Source of the DNA: Welwitschia mirabilis
Lineage: Eukaryota
Length of the DNA stretch: 42,294 bases
Direction: 5' to 3'
NCBI GenBank assembly: GCA_051453625.1
Contig: JBOZIK010000001.1
Location: 42,897,092 to 42,939,385, forward strand
Shown: piece after piece, positions 36,131 to 42,294 of the stretch
Numbering within the stretch: position 1 is the first letter of the stretch
Layout: every line of letters begins with the position of its first letter
Position numbers and translations under genes: made by a program
The notes under the pieces: model-generated
Database searches by the model: none
What the model was told of the DNA's origin: nothing
The model's input: the letters and a program-made list of their open reading frames with translations, nothing else

Positions 36131-39100
36131 ATGGAAACTATCATGATCCCTTGACCTTCTTAAGGTAAAGAACTTCCTATGTCTATGTTTAATAATGTAT
36201 TTGTAAAAGATTGTTAAATGTAAATTATCTATTTAAGGATATAGCCCTTATAGAATAAATTGTAATAAATATAAAATGTTTCTTCTATATAAAAGGATAC
36301 AACAACTATTCACCTTCATTAAAAACATGGCAAAGGAGGGATTTAGGACATGCATGAGATTTACACAAGTATACTAGGCCTTAACAAACTGGTATAACCC
36401 TTTATTGATTCCATAAATTGGATCGTAACCATAGTTTGACTTGTCCACTTTACACTTTAAATCTTAGAGTTTAACATGCATAAGTTCTATCTTTTTTAAT
36501 TATTAATAAAGCATGATGATTAACTATTTCAATTTTTATCTTTTAATTGCAAGTTCCTTTAAATTATTTTAGTTCTTAATTATTTTATTTATTAAGTAAT
36601 AAAGTTTATTTTAAAAAAATTATCAGATCATTACAACTAGTGTCAAAGCATTTAAGATAGTAAATAGCTATCTTTTAATAATCTAAAAACAATATGAGAA
36701 TAGCCTTTTTTTAAAATAAAAAATAGATAACTTTTCATTTAAAAGATAGAACAATACCAAGATATAAAAAGAAACTAAAAGACAATTAAGAAGTAACATA
36801 TAAAAAATCCCTTAATGTATCAAGGCTCACTTTGATTAGCAATCACATGAGAGGAAGAACCATCACAAGAAGGATCAAGAGGATTAGGAAGAATCTCCCC
36901 TTCTTCATTATCAGGAAGTAGATAGTCCAAAGTAACTAATTAATTATAATAATGGTTAAGAAAGGTGATGATACATTTTAAATAATTTACTAAATACTCC
37001 TTTGATACACAACATCAATGATAAAAGGCACACAAATCTTTCTTTGCAATAATGAGTCTTTTAAGAGAAAAATTTAAAACCCACTCTAAAGGACTGACAT
37101 GTGCATTCTTCTAATCCAATGTAGTAAGCACTGCCTCAGTCTATGCTTGTTTTTTTTTTAAGGGATTAATTCTTCAATCAAAAAGAGTTTACCTTAGTCT
37201 ATTAAAATAGAGGAAAAATTAAGTTCAAGGGAAATAAATACTTCTCAAATAAATTAGGAACAAAAGAAATTACCTTCAATAAGTGAAGATGAACATATAA
37301 AGGCTTAAGTTGTTACAACTTATGATGAGTTATGTAGTGAATCGCTAATGCGCCATCAATTTGTATGTATTTGATGGGGTTTTATGAGCTGTTTTACAAG
37401 ACATTTATATAGATTTAGATTTAATTCTAAGGATTTTGAATAATTGATAAAACATCTCAAAAATATGCAATTCTTGAAATGATTTAATGAATTTAAGGCA
37501 TATTCTAATATACATGGCTTTGGAGAAATATTACTGATGAAAAAGGCTAGTTTCTCCTCACTACAATGAACAAAGAAGATTATCATTCCCTTTGAAATTC
37601 CCATAACAAGTAGGATGACAACTACATTTGATGCTAATGTGGACTACTGAGTGATGTACTGAAACACTGTTGAGTCATCTTTTGTAAGGAGCTATTATTT
37701 CCTATATCCTCTGGATGATAGATAGGACAATAATATATCTAACTCTGATAGTTAAAATTTAATCATTTTCTCTATTTCTTTTCTATAATGGAGCATGTTT
37801 TGAAGCACCTTTTATGTAACTGTTTTACTATATAACCTTCTAAATAATATCCCATCCCCCATGGAAATCGAAGGGTAGGAGATCCATCTCAAGAGTTACA
37901 AAAATATGTTTCCTTGCTGGAGGGATGTATATCCTCTATTGAGGCTCAACTATTTTGTAATCTATATGTTGGTCTATTTTTAATATAAATACTCTATTTT
38001 CATTATTGCATTTAGTTTTATTATATGTTCGTTATGATTTATATTGCCCTTGATCTGGTGATAATTTCATTAGTAATATAGATCTTTAGAATATCCCTTG
38101 TTAAAGCTAAAAGAAAGTATTTTTAGGATTATTTTGCATTGCATTTATATTTAATTGCATTTACATTTACATTGCATCTTTATTTTTTGCATTGTTTTTT
38201 AATTTTAGTTACTTTATTCTTTGTGAAAATCAAACCTCAAATCTTATCTCATAGTCTTTAATGAGATACAACATTTGGGCTTACTGATAACTATATTAGT
38301 GTGTTGGGTTGTGCAAGATATCTATTTTACTTATGAATGATAAGATCTTTTTAAGTATAAAATTTTTCACAAATATACACCAAAACAAGTTAACACCTTT
38401 TCTGGGGAAGGCTACTGAGGAGCACAAGAATTATCGTCATTTGGATGAGAAACTCAGATTTTCATTTATTTATTTATTCATAGAGACATTGTATTTTTAT
38501 TAGGAACAATAGATTTTTTGCTTGCAGTTTCTCAGTCTTAGTTTTAGAAGTAAAATAACCGTTATCTCTTATGTCATTTCAATAATAAGCAAGACGATAG
38601 TCTTTGATTTTAGTTTTTATTTTTATATTTTAGTTTTCTATTAGCATAATAAAAATTGGTCTCTATCATCTCCTTTGTTGTCTCAATGATCAAGAGGATG
38701 ATAGCCTATGTGTTTTTCTAGCTTTTGGTTTTTTTCTTTATTAAACTTCTATTTTCTTCTTTCTGTATGAGTCATCCTCTTTGTCATTCCCATAATAGTT
38801 AGGATAATAGTCTATTATTTTTAATTTTATTTTTTGTTGTTTTTCATTTGCAAGATGCTATGACATGATTCATCTAAAAACAGATATCAGAGAAAGGATA
38901 TCGATAGAGAAAAATAATAGAGAAGGACTGGTAGACTTTGAAATCAAATAAGAAAAACAATCTCCAGGTGCATACAATCCTTCTTCTAAATTTATTTTTT
39001 TCTAAACTAGACCCCCTTAAAGAAAATATTGTAGAAGAAAATTAGTTTGTAATGTCAAGTGCTATCCAACAATAAAATCAAGTTGTAGGATCTTCAATCC

Positions 39101-39149
39101 TTGGTTCCAATGTAAACATTAACCTAAGGGAACTACTAGCTAATAAGAA

Positions 39150-39960
39150 ATGAGAAATTCAAAATCTTTTCAATTTACCCTTAAGAGATGATGTTGAGCT
39201 AAAGAACCTAGATAACTATCTAATATTTATTTAATGAATACGATGAGAATCCTCTCTAACACATTGTAGACATAAAATAATTAATTCTTACCTCTAGAAA
39301 TGGTAAAAAGAGGATTAATAATAGAACACACATGATAATCTTTCCCATAACATTAAAAGAAAGAGCTAAAATTTGGTTAAAAACTATACTACACAAAAGT
39401 TTAAATTCTTGGAATCAAGTCTAAGAGGCTTTTACTAAAAGATATATGAGTGAAAAAACTATTAGAAAAAGAAAAATGGAAGTAACAAACTTTTAATAAC
39501 ATTCAAATGAGTATTATGCTTCCACATACAAACATTTCTTTGTAGCAACCCACTATAATCTAGTAGATTCTTTTTTATGAGAAGAACTAGTTAACTATTT
39601 TTATAATGGATAAAACCACCACAAAAAACAAGTTGTAGACTTCTTTTATGGTGTAAACCTTATGAGCCTTACATTAGAAAATGCCTGAAAAATATTATAA
39701 TAACTTGTAGAGGCTAGTTAAACTTGATCAATATCTAAAGAAAACCACACTATAGGATAACTTATCAAAGATTTGAAGAAGGTAAAACAAGAAAATAAGG
39801 TAGAAGACAACTCTATAAATCTAATTAAAAATTTCACAACCACCTTGGAGAAATAAACTGAAATGATTTTAAATGCTAAATTAGTAATATAAAAGAATGT
39901 TATGCCAACATGCTACTTATGCGAGGACAATTACCACATAATTAAAAACTGTCCACTTTT
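39150..39960 (+). pseudogene. gag: Gypsy gag remnant with zinc knuckle (relic B)
   Basis: FPITLKERAKIWLKT...SLNSWNQV*EAFTKRY...EVTNF (~39340-39500) follows the Retrotrans_gag pattern; CYLCEDNYHIIKNCP near 39911-39955. Confidence 0.78.
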
Positions 39961-40736
39961 ACTCACCTACAAAGAAAAGATAGATGAAGAAGTTTGTGCT
40001 TTCAACCAAAAGTTTTAAAACTTCTAGTCATAGCCTAGGTCAAATACACATTCTCAAATTAATTTTTAACCTTTTAAAAATCAATTTCAAAATTTAAAAT
40101 TCCAATCAAGTTCATTGAACTTTCAACATTTTAATGATTCACTCACAAACTTTTTGGATGAATTTAAAAAATCACAAGAAATAATAAGTGCCAAACTTAA
40201 TAACTTAGTAAATGCCCTTTAACAAAAAATGTTGGCAAACTAAAAATCACAAGGAACATGAGCTACACAACCTTTATCAAATCCCAATGAAACAAGAAGA
40301 GATTGTAAGGTTGTAACATAAAGTGGTCAAGAAACAAAGCCTTCTCCTTATAAATCATCAACCTTCCAAAAAAAATTCGAGATGATGAAAAAGAAGAGAA
40401 CTTAAAATATTAGAATATTATAACTTATTCTTCCTTAGTAAAATAAAAAGAAAAACTCTTCATAGTAATTAGAAAAACAACCAAATACCTTTTCTCTTGA
40501 TAATCTTAACAATAATCCAACTCCCAATAAATATCTAAAAGAATTAATGAAAAATTTTAGCATGAATTTATACTTCTAGAAACTTTTATAACAACATGGA
40601 GTACTTAAAGCTATGGAAAGTTTTAACAATAAGAAAATAAAAACAATTTATTCCAAGTAGAATATTTTTATCTCAATCCATCATGAATTTCGTAATATAA
40701 AAATCTCTTAAATTTAAAGATATAGGGGTAGCAACA

Positions 40737-41120
40737 ATGAATATTACATTAGAGGAAAACAAAAAGATTAGTAAAGCTTTAATTAACATTAGAGTGAGTG
40801 TTAATATCACACCACTACACATTTGCAAAAGACTTATTTCAAAGGATAGAATAGAGCCTACTCAGATTCTCTTAGAGTTAGCGAATACTTTGGTTAATAA
40901 ACTATTAGGGGTCTTCAAGTATTTAGTGATTTAAATTAAAAAGGATCACTACTCAATAGATGCAATTATCATATAAGTCGAATACAACAAAGGATACTCA
41001 TTACTTCTAGGATGAGCCTTCTGTGCAATATCCAACTACATTATTAATACTATTACTGGAATGATGAAGTGTCATCTAAGAAATAAAACATTTACAAGTA
41101 GAGTTTTTAATGTATCTAAA
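40737..41120 (+). pseudogene. Gypsy aspartic protease remnant (relic B)
   Basis: KALINIRVSVNITPLHICKRL...EPTQILLELANTLVNKLLGVFKYLVI, then LLLG*AFCAISNYIIN...VFNVSK. Confidence 0.72.
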
Positions 41121-42294
41121 AAATACCTATATGATGAAGAAAACTTAGAGGATAAAAATAAACCAACTTTATTCCTCCAAGGTTGACATGACATAAGCCT
41201 ATACTTTATGATAACCCAATTGAGATTAAATACATATAAGCCATTCATATATTTAACTTTAAGAATGAAAAAGAAATGAAACCTTTAGATTGCAAGGAAA
41301 TTCAATTATTAACTTACACCCTAAGGAAGATTGTCCATATATGAGTTAGGAATTAAAAATCATAATTTTAATCTAAACCTTAAAAACCTTTCTAGTGGAC
41401 TAAAACATATTTGTATTTACAATGATTAAAACAAAAATCTTATAATCAATGAAAATATTTTACTAGAGTCAACATTAATCTCCCCTTGGACTTCCAAAAT
41501 TTGTACTATTATGTGGTCTCATAGAGTTTTAACTGTTATCCCTCTCTTCCTATAATTGATTCTACTTAAAAATGATTGTATATCTTTTATGTTTTATCAA
41601 CTAATGAACATTATTCTCGGACCTTATTTCTTTGAAAAAATGCAATATCTTGAGACTGTCTACATAGATCCTTTCTTTTTTCTTTCTTTTCAATAAAAGT
41701 ATGATTAGATTTTAGGATTTGAAGAAAATTTACTAGCTTTGTGTTTTATTTTTTATTATTATGATTTTAACTTTGATTTCATCTTTAGATTTCTATTTTG
41801 GCTTTTTTTATCATCCCCTAAATTATTCCAATAACCATAAGGATGATAGTCTTTATTTTCATTTTCTACCTTACATTTTCTATTAGATTTCTATTTTCTA
41901 TTTTTGCTTTCTATTTTTGTTATCCTCTCTATCATTTGGATGATGAGAAAGATGACTGTTAGTTGTCTTTGATTTTATTTTCTATTATTTTGAGAAAATA
42001 CATTTTGATGGCTCTGTTGAGATTTTTGACTTAATGACTTAAGAATTTTAGAAAGTTAATGAGCAAAGGCTGAAAATATATGAGCCACTGTTTGAATTTT
42101 CTCTTAGCTTTTTCCTTTGGAGGTTATTATGACATTACTTTATTATCTTTCAAACATGATTTATGTATTTATTTCCATGACTAGTCTTTTGACTTGGGAA
42201 TTTTACAGTGGTAAGATTAGATTCACCTAATCTTAAGACATTCACACGTCTATGAACTTCAGTTTAAAAGAAGGTTCTTTATTTTTAATTCTTT

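Larger units (their letters stand above)
31640..36140 (+). mobile_element. Ancient Athila-like Ty3/gypsy relic A (putative LTR, PBS, protease, RT, start of RNase H); boundaries approximate
   Basis: ...GCATCA (32656) followed by TCACGCCATTGCCAAGGA (13/18 match to the Athila PBS TGGCGCCGTTGCCGGGGA); protease and RT motifs downstream in gypsy order. The LTR start (TGATAAATG) is a guess. Confidence 0.6.
37323..41440 (+). mobile_element. Ancient Athila-like Ty3/gypsy relic B (putative 5' LTR ~37323-38387, PBS, gag, protease; no RT seen)
   Basis: TGATGAG...AAAACA, then TAACACCTTTTCTGGGGA (38391-38408; 12/18 match to the Athila PBS); T-rich leader; gag and protease motifs downstream. The LTR start is tentative. 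Confidence 0.65.

Noticed and set aside
30952-38503. Short ORFs 30952-31164, 37356-37604 and 38309-38503 as host genes
   Set aside because: No recognisable domains or gene structure; the latter two lie in or across the putative LTR/PBS of relic B.

Overview
AT-rich, plant-type, gene-free repeat DNA with five assembly gaps; I see no intact host gene, RNA gene or CRISPR array. Bases 1-24456 are a head-to-tail tandem array of one Ty1/copia retrotransposon of the Sirevirus (SIRE/Maximus) lineage, in which neighbouring units share a single ~1.4 kb LTR ([LTR end]-I-LTR-I-LTR-I-LTR-I-LTR). Four units are assembled, and a diverged ~615-bp duplication across a gap suggests at least a fifth. Each unit carries a tRNA-iMet PBS, a decayed gag-protease frame, no recognisable integrase/RT/RNase H, an internal promoter-like block reusing the LTR's GGTCGACC motifs, a decayed ~345-codon env-like ORF with an acidic tail, and a multi-PPT tract. 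Several stop codons are shared by all units. Bases 24457-42294 hold heavily C>T/G>A-eroded Ty3/gypsy (Athila-like) relics: one with PBS-protease-RT-RNase H start, one with LTR-PBS-gag-protease, and a weak minus-strand gag remnant. A (GT)12(AT)21 microsatellite and a possible MITE-like piece are also present. All domain calls come from reading motifs by eye, not from database searches.
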